A stretch of DNA of 64,000 nt from assembly GCA_905178155.1 (NCBI GenBank), contig CAJINV010000005.1, positions 7,779,987 through 7,843,986 on the forward strand, in the 5' to 3' direction. Made by a program: the position numbers and the translations under genes. The DNA is from Amoebophrya sp. A120 (taxonomy: Eukaryota; Protista; Dinoflagellata). Below the pieces are notes generated by a model, which saw nothing but the letters and a program-made list of their open reading frames with translations, was not told where the DNA came from and did not search any database. How positions within the stretch are numbered: position 1 is the first letter of the stretch; every line of letters begins with the position of its first letter. This document shows, in pieces, positions 47,901-56,541 of this stretch.

Positions 47901-50900
47901 AAGTTGCCCATTTCCTGTCATCGAAATAGAGGATTTGTCATGCGCATTAGGCATTGCGTAACCTTCTCTAAACCTGTGATGCTAGGGCTTCCATGTCAGA
48001 CCTTCCGTGTCATGCAAAAACAGCATGACAAAAATGCGCAATCTTCCAGACCCAAGCATATCTATTGCATTTGGATAGAAACAAGCTGCTTGCCAAACGT
48101 TCTACCACTGGCTCCACTCCGTGCCGGCGGAACAAGTTTTCCGCAACCTCCCGCGCTGGGGTGCCGCCGTTCGGGTCGAAAAGCTCAAGCTTCTCGAGGA
48201 ACAAGGCGAAAATTAAGTGAGGATGGTCCGTATAATCGTCGTAGGTGTCATTGTCATGACCATGATCTTCATCTAAACCTGGATTTGTAGTGGTTGCGGT
48301 GCTGGTACTCTCATCATCATCACGCTCGGATAAAAAAGAAGAGGAAGAGGAGTTGTTCTTCTGCTCCGGTAATGGTACACCAGCAGCAGCATTATGATTA
48401 TCACCCCACTCTTTATTTCCGAGAAAAAACACAGCCCGCGTCATCTGGGCGACGCAAGGCTTCGCTGCGTGGGTTAGAAATAGGTTGATCAGGATTTTAT
48501 GGAACTGTCAGGATTGAAATCGTCAAAGTTGAAATAGTTTGTGACGCATAAAATGGATGCGAGTTGGAACCCAGTTTCTAAGTGGCGCATGACAAATTTT
48601 GGTGATGCCTAAATCCAGTTTGTCATGCTGTTTAGGCAAAGATGGCTGATTTTCTCATGCTACTTTAGCAGCTCGAGTTCTAACCCCGAACAGGCTTGCA
48701 ATCGGCCTCCCTTGCCTGCTCTGCAACACACGTATTTCGCGCTATGCATTTTATGCATCACAAATTATTTCAACAACTTTGGCGATTTCAAACCTGACAC
48801 TTCCATAGATTTCCTCGGCAATGTAGTCGCACCAGGTGGCTGGTACTTCGTCCTGTTGTTCTTTTGGAGATTCTTTCTCGTCCTCTGTGAAGTGCTGGTT
48901 GTTGCTGTCGATTATGGTCGTGTGCTTTTTTATCATCCGCTCCAAATCTTCGCCCGAACAGGCGACCCTTTTCACGATCTGCCCACCAGTGGGAGGTTCA
49001 CCCGGAACGCCAAATATACCCGTGTTGTGGTGCATGTTGAACCTGACAAAACCACTGTCGTTGTCTTTACTCGTTGTCGTTTCCCCATGATCTCCATGAA
49101 CGTTTACCGTTGCAAAAGTGCTGGTTAACGCGAACCGGGAATTCGAAGCGGGCCCTGCATTATTTCCAACAAGGTTGCCGCTGTGGAAAACGATGCCTTG
49201 TGCCGTGAAGGAAGAAGAATTTTTAGAGGAACTGCCAGCTAAAGAGCTTTTGTCGGCATCAAGATGTGCTAGAACAGAAGTATTTGAATCATTCATCGCT
49301 GTTGCTGCTCCTTGTTCGGCTTCTTCTTTCCTGGTAAGCCGCGCGGTCATAGTATCTTTCGTCGCGGCAGTGTGATATTCGTCCAGTAGAAGCTTACCAT
49401 GCGGAGGCTCTTGTTGGGTAGTACTCTTCAATGATCTGCGGAAAAACGCCGGTCGCAATTCCTCCGCGCCGTCATTTTGCTTCGCGGGGATGACGACCCA
49501 GGTAGAAGTTGACGTCCTGTTAATACTAGTGTCACTTGTAGTTGTTCCCCCTGCGATATGATGATCAGATACCTGCAGCTCTCGTCGCCCGGTCGCGGTC
49601 GTGAAGGAAGCTGCAGGAGAGTTTGAGTTGTCTGCTCCTACCACATCTTCTCCATCAGCACGGCCCTTCACCAGTTCGCCAGCATGCAGGGTGGCTTTGA
49701 TTTTGTCACACCAGAAGTGGTACAAGAATTCATCCTCTGTTTTATCCTGAGTAAAAACGTACCCACACCATAGCTGTCATGCAAATCGGCATGCTTCAAA
49801 TGTTTCTCATGCGGAGCCCCATGAGAAGCATTTTCTAATGGTGTTTTGAAATTTGTCATGCTCCAATCAGCATGAGAGACTAGTTCTGTAATGCTGCTGA
49901 ACTAGCTCAAACAGTACTACGCTACGCGTCCAAATTTGTCATGCGAAACAGCCAAAGCTTGTGGATTTGTCTAGCCGATTCCCCATCTTGACTATGGGGT
50001 GGGTACGTTTTTACATAGGATATGTTTGCCCATCCGGAACTATCTTTTGAAACACATCGTCATCAGGAGAACCCAAAAAATCGTGGTTGTGCGGCTGGTG
50101 ATCCGGAGCAGTAGGGGCAGCATCTGCATCAGCATTCGGGGATGTTGATGAAGTCGAAATCATACTTTTGTCAACATCAGCAAGAAGCCCCGCCAGAGTT
50201 ATCCTTTTCAGCGTTGTTTTCCCCGCCTCCCCGCCTTTGATCAAAAACTGGTCGCGCACCATGTTGCACAGGAGGGTGTGCACGATGGACTGGTCGACTT
50301 CATTTGTTCTTCCCGCTCCTGCAGAAAGTAGTACAGAAGGTTTCGCTGCTTCAACGGAAACAGGAGAGGACTGCTCATCGCCAACAGAAGTTGTGAGGTT
50401 GGATTCTGATTGTTCATCTTGACGATGACGATCTTCTGGTGCCTTGTCCGCATGATAAGAAGCATCTTCATCAGCACGACCCTCCTCGTCAGACTCTTCG
50501 CTTTCATCGTGGTCCTCGGCATACGCGATGTCGTGGTCAGTTTCAGCAGCTTCGCCATCGGAAGTTGTAGAGCGCCCTGTTCTTTCCTTTTTTATCATCT
50601 TCCGATGCTGTTTCTGATCATGATCTTCTCGTGGTTGTTGGCTCAGAACTTGTCCTCTCGAGGTCTTCACGATGACTTTTGCGCTCACGAAAAACAAGTT
50701 GGTGGAAAATACCAGAACCATGGCCGATAGAGATAGTGCCAGAACTATTAAGGCCGCGATTGTAGTGCACCGGAAAGGTTGGAAAGGAGCAAGGACATCA
50801 GCATGGCCTCGTCTACAAAAAAAACAGTCCGGAAAATTTTGGTGCTGGTCAAGTAGATCATCAACAGGTCCTCGATCCCGCTTGGACGACAGAGAGATTT

Positions 50901-51051
50901 TCCTTCTCGGTTTGAAAAACCAGTGCTTTCCGAATAGCAAACCAAGAAATCGGGGTCGTCCGAGAGGCCGGCCGCGACCGCGTTCTTGCCCGAGATGAAA
51001 TCGGCCCAGGCTGCGCGGTCCCCGCTGCTGGTCCGTCTCCATTCGGCTCAT
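11936..51051 (-). CDS. Giant multi-exon gene: TM/signal anchor + divergent protein-kinase-like domain + RRR-rich region + TSP1 repeat + Cys-rich repeats; 45 introner introns
   Basis: Frame traced across all 45 junctions. TM IAALIVLALSLSAMVLVF. Kinase-like motifs FLIKGGEAGKT, GFVHNDVMVEHI, LKFIDFSES, FDWYGGAL, FADPELAR. TSP1 CKWTSWTGWTSGCGVQVSTRTR. Repeated CCxxGC...GYxI...W. The junction across the LTR element has a degenerate DR, and the 3' end is uncertain. Confidence 0.7.
12616..12872. mobile_element. Introner family A
   Basis: TIR; DR cttat. Confidence 0.9.
12936..13170. mobile_element. Introner family B
   Basis: TIR; DR gtatt. Confidence 0.9.
13523..13740. mobile_element. Introner family C
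   Basis: TIR; DR cgcct/cgctt. Confidence 0.9.
13960..14109. mobile_element. Introner family E
   Basis: TIR; DR gaggt. Confidence 0.9.
14212..14363. mobile_element. Introner family E (AAT...GTA ends)
   Basis: TIR; DR tgatg. Confidence 0.85.
14539..14831. mobile_element. Introner family G
   Basis: TIR TATCCTGAG.AAAAAT; DR tgatt. Confidence 0.9.
14874..15029. mobile_element. Introner family E
   Basis: TIR; DR tatgg/tatcg. Confidence 0.85.
15079..15325. mobile_element. Introner family A
   Basis: TIR; DR cagct. Confidence 0.9.
15370..15494. mobile_element. Introner family E (short)
   Basis: TIR; DR ccgca/ctgca. Confidence 0.85.
15580..15871. mobile_element. Introner family A
   Basis: TIR; DR gttcg. 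Confidence 0.9.
15921..16438. mobile_element. Introner family E with nested MITE
   Basis: TIR; DR cgtgg. Confidence 0.9.
16003..16367. mobile_element. MITE nested in an introner, with 50-bp palindrome and telomere-like repeats
   Basis: TIR GGTT(A/G)ACA(G/A)ACCA(G/A)AATCTCAAC; AATTT on both flanks. Confidence 0.8.
16557..16808. mobile_element. Introner family B
   Basis: TIR; DR cctca/tcgca. Confidence 0.8.
16913..17217. mobile_element. Introner family H
   Basis: TIR AGGAAAAA..CCCTCCCCA; DR cccgg. Confidence 0.9.
17283..17548. mobile_element. Introner family A
   Basis: TIR; DR gaccg/gacca. Confidence 0.88.
17600..17905. mobile_element. Introner family D-like
   Basis: TIR; DR caccg. Confidence 0.88.
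17957..18213. mobile_element. Introner family A
   Basis: TIR; DR aacct/aatct. Confidence 0.88.
18283..18441. mobile_element. Introner family F (opposite orientation to 4038-4197)
   Basis: TIR; DR ttgca. Confidence 0.9.
18579..18830. mobile_element. Introner family B (degenerate)
   Basis: Weak TIR; DR ccaca; frame restored. Confidence 0.75.
18969..19333. mobile_element. Introner family I (with extra internal sequence)
   Basis: TIR; degenerate DR tggcg/gctcg; frame restored. Confidence 0.75.
19534..19687. mobile_element. Introner family E
   Basis: TIR; DR cctgc. Confidence 0.9.
19771..20038. mobile_element. Introner family A (CAT start)
   Basis: TIR; DR aggcg/aggtg. Confidence 0.85.
20106..20430. 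mobile_element. Introner family G
   Basis: TIR; DR gtctc/gtcgg. Confidence 0.82.
20662..20955. mobile_element. Introner family G (TGT...ACA ends)
   Basis: TIR; DR cgtgc. Confidence 0.85.
21035..21188. mobile_element. Introner family E
   Basis: TIR; DR caacc/catcc. Confidence 0.88.
21241..21454. mobile_element. Introner family C-like
   Basis: TIR; DR gtagc. Confidence 0.88.
21527..21778. mobile_element. Introner family A
   Basis: TIR; DR cagat. Confidence 0.9.
22256..22500. mobile_element. Introner family B
   Basis: TIR; DR tccag; splits the TSP1 WxxWxxW motif. Confidence 0.9.
22578..24300. mobile_element. Introner family B with two nested insertions
   Basis: TIR; DR cccag. Confidence 0.88.
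23419..24229. mobile_element. TIR/foldback element nested in an introner
   Basis: TIR TT(G/A)AGCTGGGCG(A)CCTCAGATG; CTTTCA duplicated; internal inverted repeat ~23680-23745 vs ~23912-23965. Confidence 0.8.
24363..24687. mobile_element. Introner family H
   Basis: TIR; DR cgcgg. Confidence 0.9.
24753..25018. mobile_element. Introner family A
   Basis: TIR; DR tggag. Confidence 0.88.
25095..25251. mobile_element. Introner family E
   Basis: TIR; DR acggt. Confidence 0.9.
25319..25640. mobile_element. Introner family D
   Basis: TIR; DR cgacc. Confidence 0.9.
25905..26382 (-). repeat. 3' LTR
   Basis: TGCTTTTAGAGAG...AGATCGACA; about 13 substitutions plus a 2-bp indel versus 42545-43020 by eye (~97%). 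Confidence 0.92.
27073..28310. mobile_element. Non-autonomous TIR element (~1.24 kb)
   Basis: TIR (T)CAGGCGTCCGGGCCCGGGCCA; duplication CTCGCA (or ACTCGCAT, 8 bp); internal GTGTGCAAAAA arrays. Confidence 0.88.
32089..33093. mobile_element. Non-autonomous TIR element (~1.0 kb), copy 1
   Basis: TCAGGGCGACGATCGCCGCCGGA...TCCGGCGGCGGTCCGTCCGCCTGA; AAAGCG(T) duplicated; splits the integrase ORF. Confidence 0.9.
34895..35110 (-). other. DUF4326-like domain inside pol
   Basis: HIGRGTKYGNPY...REEVL...LPGKTLGCWCDPLPCHGHAL matches the IGR..WGNPF / GKxLGCWCxPxxCHG signature (recognised by eye). Confidence 0.75.
36552..37556. mobile_element. Non-autonomous TIR element (~1.0 kb), copy 2, apparently identical
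   Basis: Same length and identical ORF-track translations as copy 1; ACTGCT(T) duplicated; removal restores LLEAVGPNSV. Confidence 0.9.
37557..41252 (-). pseudogene. gag: gag (frameshifted): coiled-coil, GGNYGGGP repeats, two CCHC zinc knuckles
   Basis: Overlapping ORFs 39501-41252, 38530-39561, 38150-38608 and 37651-38319 in different frames. Knuckles CRKCYSDQHKTADC and CGKCFSSDHFQNKC. Confidence 0.8.
39050..39340 (-). repeat. ~39-bp coding tandem repeat (GGNYGGGPGGGNP)
   Basis: Repeated ccgccgtagtttcc/ccgggatttccaccgcc units. Confidence 0.9.
41307..42495. mobile_element. Non-autonomous TIR element, diverged relative of 27073-28310
   Basis: Same TIR; CTCGCT duplicated; colinear internal similarity. 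Confidence 0.88.
42535..42544 (-). promoter_or_regulatory. Putative primer-binding site (tRNA-Leu-like)
   Basis: Minus strand GTGGCAGCGG immediately after the 5' LTR, complementary to ...CCGCTGCCA(C) tRNA-Leu-type 3' ends. Confidence 0.45.
42545..43020 (-). repeat. 5' LTR
   Basis: TGTTTTTAGAGAG...AGATCGACA; direct repeat of 25905-26382. Confidence 0.92.
43123..43353. mobile_element. Introner family C-like (tandem 1)
   Basis: TIR; DR ctccc. Confidence 0.9.
43359..43613. mobile_element. Introner family C (tandem 2; internal 51-bp hairpin)
   Basis: TIR; DR ctccc. Confidence 0.9.
43648..43803. mobile_element. Introner family E
   Basis: TIR; DR ataat. Confidence 0.9.
43900..44206. mobile_element. 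Introner family D
   Basis: TIR; DR tcccc. Confidence 0.9.
44277..44538. mobile_element. Introner family A
   Basis: TIR; DR cctcc. Confidence 0.9.
44555..44890. mobile_element. Introner family H
   Basis: TIR; DR atggc. Confidence 0.88.
45012..45401. mobile_element. Introner family A with filler insertion
   Basis: TIR; DR caccc. Confidence 0.9.
45443..45758. mobile_element. Introner family B with filler insertion (TCT start)
   Basis: TIR; DR tacac/cgcac. Confidence 0.8.
46453..46715. mobile_element. Introner family A
   Basis: TIR; DR tcatg. Confidence 0.92.
47810..48077. mobile_element. Introner family A
   Basis: TIR; DR gaagc/gaaac. Confidence 0.9.
48498..48807. mobile_element. Introner family D
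   Basis: TIR; DR gattt. Confidence 0.92.
49743..50022. mobile_element. Introner family G
   Basis: TIR; DR tgttt. Confidence 0.92.
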
Positions 51052-53787
51052 TGCAGCAGTAAATGGTTGTTGCACCACCAGGCAGAGATGATACGATATT
51101 AGGTTCTGCTTCTATGCGAAGATCTTCACACTAGCGCGCCGGCACGGACGAATCCGCCAGTCGTCGCAGCAGTAGATCCTGAGAGTTTTCAATTTCATCG
51201 CATTTGCCGGGCCACCATGAAGATAGCATTTCCTCACGGAATAAAACTCAAGAACAAGCAGTTCAAGTTCAGAGGGACATTTTCACCGAAGGAAGTGAAA
51301 GCAACAATAAAGCAAACACGTGATACCAAGTTCTCCATATATTGTCGTCCGTCGCCAATCGGATTCGACACCGATCTACGCATGCGCACAGGCACAACCG
51401 CAAAAGGGATGCACACCAAGGAACAGCAAGTGCAAAGAACCCAATTTGGTTCAAGAAAGTACTAGACACGAATGAACAAGCACCATACGCTCCAATTGTG
51501 TAAATTTGCAATGCAAAATCCAATCAATAGAGAAGTACATCCTCGCCTTTCATCTTCTTCCCTATTAAACGGATAAGGCTAAGTAATTTTTTCTTCGGAG
51601 CTTTCAACCGTAGAATGTGAACTTGCGTTCCGTCAATGCATTTGCAGAACTGCGCAAGCATGCGCTTCCAAAACATCATACCCGACTGCGAGTTCGTTCA
51701 CGACGAAGACATCATGATCTTTCGCTGTAGCAGTCGTGCAAACCAGCAACCATTCGACGCTCCCTGGCTGAGAACAGCAACAGCTCCCGTTCCGTGCCGT
51801 CAATGAAAAAAGGCGCACGACCTCCAGATGAAACAGAACAACGCCACCTCGCACCTACTTTCATGATCTTCATGACATAGACAGAACAACAGGCATTGGT
51901 GCAAGAAGGCCGCGACTAAGACGATGCTACGCAATCCAGTTCCAGTCAGCCCGTATGTAAAGCGTGACGGCAGTGGCGCACATGTTTCAGTAAAATGAAT
52001 GATCCCTACCAGAATAGCCACTATTGCTATGGCAGATTGCTGACATTTTCCAAAACACGAGAAGCCCGAGTAGACGGCCCCCGGGCCAGAATCAGCCAGG
52101 CCAGGCTCCGCGGCTGGCCAGCTAGCTGCCAAAAAACCAAATCCGAAACCGCGAAACGGATGCGCTATTTTGATGTCCGTTTCCCAAGCCGGTTCCAGAT
52201 CCCCTGTTCAGGTCCTCTGTTCTGATTCTCTGTTGTGATCCCCTGTTCTGATCCAATTTCAACTAGATTAGGGATCAGAACCGGGGATCCGAACAGGGGA
52301 TCGGAGCGGAGATGAGAACTCAGACAGCTAAGATTTGCGATCCGGCGTCAGCGGAGATTTGCAACCCGGCGTCGGGTATACCATCGGGCGGCGAAGTAGT
52401 TGTAGACCCAGACGGAACAAAAAAGAGGAACCAACAATCTACAACACACGAAAAACAGCTCCTGCCCCCCCCCCGCGGGGCGTAGGCAATTTCGCTGCGC
52501 TAGTCCCAAACTGAGACCGCGAGTGAGGGCTGGCGCGGACGGAAAGCCGGCGGCCATGTCGCGTGGCACAGTCGCAGCGTTTTTTTCATGCAGACGCACA
52601 GCAGATAAATCTGACACAAAAACTCCACTGGCGCGCCTTGTAGTATGGCGCGGCTTGGAAACACAGCGCAACGCAGACAATAGCCAAACTCCGGGCCGTT
52701 TCAAGCCAGGCCCGGCGGCTTCGCCCGGCGAGGCTGGTGTTGTTTTGTAGTGGCCAGGCTCAAGCCCTGAACAGTGTGCCGGCTTTTCTCCTGTTGCAGT
52801 CTCTTTGCGCCGGCTGCGAGGCAGTAGCCCCAACCTCACTCTCGAAGACCAATCCGCCCCCACTCCAAACCATATACCACGGCACTCCCGACCGTCGGCT
52901 CCCAACTTCCTCGGACGGCCACTGCTCCGGGTATGGAATCATTGGAAAATTTTTTTTTAATTCAAAAAAAATCCAGTCGATTTTTAGTACTTTTGAACCT
53001 AGGTCATGCGCTAGTAGGTTGCCCAGCCTGATAAGACGATGCTACGCCATCCAGTTCCAGTCAGTCTCCCGGTACGTTCTTCACATGCAAATGAATCGCG
53101 TGAGCGTGCTCTGGTCGCACGCCTTTTTTCAATCCATACTACCAACGCAAACGAAGCGGTTCTATTCGGCGGGAAACCGTTAACGACAAAACGAGAACCA
53201 GGCCTCCAGGTAAACAATATCTTCTTTTCTTCTTTATCCCATGCAAAAACGGCGCAAAAGCAGAGACAACCGACGGGCCTTTTGACGTTTCTTTTTCTTC
53301 CACCATATGCAGAAGTAAGAAACTGCGTCGGTCAAGAAACAGAGAGACCACATCAAGACGGAACTACAAAATGATGAAGCACAACCGCGCGCACTTCTGC
53401 CTCCTAAGAATGCCAATCGGTGCTTTGCTTTTACGATGTGTGTCCTTCATAACATTTCAGAATTCTTTTATTTTTGCGTTTGCGTGTTACAGACACACAC
53501 ATTATGATAGAAAATTTCTTCGGTTTGCGCGTAGCGGTGAGACTTCGAGTTCGAAGGCGATGCGTTTTAAGCAGGACCTGGACATTCATTTTGAACAAGC
53601 ACGAGCCTTCTACTTTTTGTGGCGGGTGCTTCTTCTGAATTTGATGTATAACATTTTGAATAAAAAATGAAGAAAATTTTCTCGAATACGGCGAGTCACA
53701 TGTTTGCATCAGAAAGGCCGAAGAGTCTGCAAAAAACTTTGTTTGCGATGGTAGTGTAGATGAGGACTTTTTATCAATCTATAGCGT

Positions 53788-56400
53788 TTTTGAAAAAAAG
53801 TTGTGTCTGCTTTCAGGATAGGACTAGGTCACGATTTTCGACGAAAACCATAACCGATACAAGTTGGATATGAAGCACTTCGACTAGATATTTGACCGGA
53901 ATAGATGACAAATAGATGGTTTTTGTAACTTTTGTGTTTTTTTTTTTGATCTTTCGTTGGAGTTTAAAGACATTCAGATTTCTCACATTGATTCCGTGCA
54001 TCTGGTACCTGCGACGATCAACACTGCACAACGAAGCTTCACTAAAGCGCACAACGAAGCTTCTCCAAGCCTGCTGCTTGGGCAATGTCATGAAAAATCA
54101 AAACGCAAAACATTTTTTGCATGACACATCAGAACGGCATGCGTTATGCTTTGCGCTACACTCCAGTAGCATGGTCGCGTTGCAAATTCCAAACACGTCT
54201 TTATTTTTGCACTCCATAGACTGGACTTGGGGCACACGCGCAAGAAATGAAGTAGGTCGGCAAAATCGTGCATCGACTGCCAGGCGAGCTGTATTAAATA
54301 AAGTGCCATCATATCATGATGAGTAGCCGTGACCGGCGGTACTGCAAAGTAGTTGTAAGTAAAAGAAAATGGAACCCACAAAATAAAAGCCTGAGCAGCA
54401 CTACCTAGTATCAAACTATTCGAATCTCGTAAGAAGATCTCCAACTCGTCCGCGGACGGTGGCAGCTAAAGAAAAAAGAAAAAAGAAGAAAACTGTACCA
54501 AATCCCCCAACTTGTCCAAACTCTCTTCCGCCCCGTGCCGGCAAGCGTGGAGGTGCTTCTCCAATTCTCAAACAGAAAACCTGCGCAACCTGCGAAACAG
54601 CATGATTGCTATTCACGATTGATAGCCGTTTTGAAGGGTTTCATGCTGTACATTCCCTTTTTCTGACATTAGGTCGGTGCAAAAACACAAAATTGATACA
54701 TGATGACGATCGCAATCACCAGGCTGCGTAGTGCCAAAAGTTTCTTTTGGTACTACGCAGCGCCATGCTGTTTGAGCGCCATGCGTGTTGTTCATTTCAT
54801 ATCAATGCCTTCAACGTGTGCAGTTTGAAGACATTGTTTTCAACATTTTTTAAGTCCACCTTCGGTTCAACAAGGTTCTTGGAAGAACCACCTCGTTGAT
54901 TTTGAAAAAAAGTTGTGTCTGCTTTCAGGATAGGACTAGGTCACGATTTTCGACGAAAACCATAACCACATTACATTAACTAGCAAAATTTCGACACTTT
55001 GAGCAATATGCATTATGACAATATGACAATATGACATTATGACTGCTGGATTTTGAGCAAAATGACCGGAAGGTGTCGAGTGTCGGAACCCGGAAGCGGA
55101 CCTGTGTTGTTTTTTGGAATGAAGATAAAAAATGTTCCTACAAAACGGCTCACGATACGAGCGCACTTCATGCATGTTTCCTGTGCTCTATGAACTTTTG
55201 TGTCGCCCCCGCGTGGTCCCCCTGCAGACCGGTAAGCATCACGCCGAGCGGGTGCCATTATGCGTCGAAAGTTAATATGTCCGAGCCTGGAAGAGTGTAT
55301 TTGTGCACTTGGTGCGGATTCTGGAATGACTGAAATCTGTGATGCGTTGTCAGCTCTGCATGTGCTGTTTTTGTCTCCAGGAGAGGTCATTTCCCGCCCA
55401 CGCTAGGCACTAGGAAACACCAACCGAGTCTCTTCAATGCTTTTCATGCATGAAAGAGGACCTGTGTGCACATGCAGCATCAGAAATCACATGGCGAACG
55501 TTTGCTCTCTTCCAGGAGACCCAGACATATTAATTTGCACTTGATACCTCCCTCCCTCCCGTTGCAAAAATATCGCGCCCATTCCAAACAAAATAAAAGG
55601 AAGACCACAATCCAACACCGCAGCGCAAATCTTCATGTTGCTTTCTCATCGCGCAAATCTTCACTCATATTGTTAGTTTGACTTCTCATCGTTTTTGGCC
55701 TGGAATTCTGAAAGCGCCCAAGCATCCGATGCGCTCGAGAAAATTCTGCTTCTTTCAGCAAAGTGGGTTCGCTTGTTGTTTAGAAACGTAGAGACCTACA
55801 AACCAAGGGCTTTGCCTGGTTTGCACACTGAGACTTTCAGAACTAGCGCCTCGACTACAAATTGTTTGTTGATTTTCAAAAAATGCTTGTGCTAGAACCT
55901 TGAAAAAATAGTGCGTGGAGTCATGTTGACTCTGGGCCCTATATAAATCTCAACAAGACGAAGATAGGAAAAGGCCCAGAAAATAAAAACTCACTATGGG
56001 ATCGGCATTCAGACCAGATTTAGTTTTGCTTCCAACTACGTTTATTTATATTTATAAAATCCCCTCGAAGCGGAGCGGCCTTCTCACAACCTCTCACCCT
56101 TCAGCCGAACTTCTTTCCATCAGCATCCCGGTCGCCCTCTTCGGATTCGGACTCCTCGACCCGCCGAATCTTATTCCCGTCGACCTGCACGTTCCTTACG
56201 ACCCTAACCCTTTTTTTTGAACCGCCGCCAGCTGTGGCGCCGCCAGTGGGTCCTCCGGTCACGTGGCCGGCGGCTGCAACCTCCGCGCCGCGACCTGATT
56301 CAGAGGGTTATGTATCTTGCTGCACGTATCTGACTGCAACACTACCCGCAGAGGATAGGACTAGGTCACGATTTTCGACGAAAACCATAACCGATACAAG
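53788..56400. repeat. Three dispersed copies of a 45-70-bp repeat (~53788, ~54900, ~56352)
   Basis: AGGATAGGACTAGGTCACGATTTTCGACGAAAACCATAACC. Confidence 0.8.
55259..55546. mobile_element. Degenerate A-family element outside any traced CDS
   Basis: AATATGTCCGAGCCTGGAAG...AGACCCAGACATATTAATTTGCACTTGATA; DR lost. Confidence 0.6.
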
Positions 56401-56541
56401 GACGATTTCAACTATTGGTAGCTTGTTTCACCGTCGACAAGAATCTATTTGTGCTCATCATGGCCATTCAAAAAAAAACAACTGCTCCTAGCATTTCTTG
56501 ATCAATTATCTTTACTCTGGATGCAATCAAAGGACCGTCTC

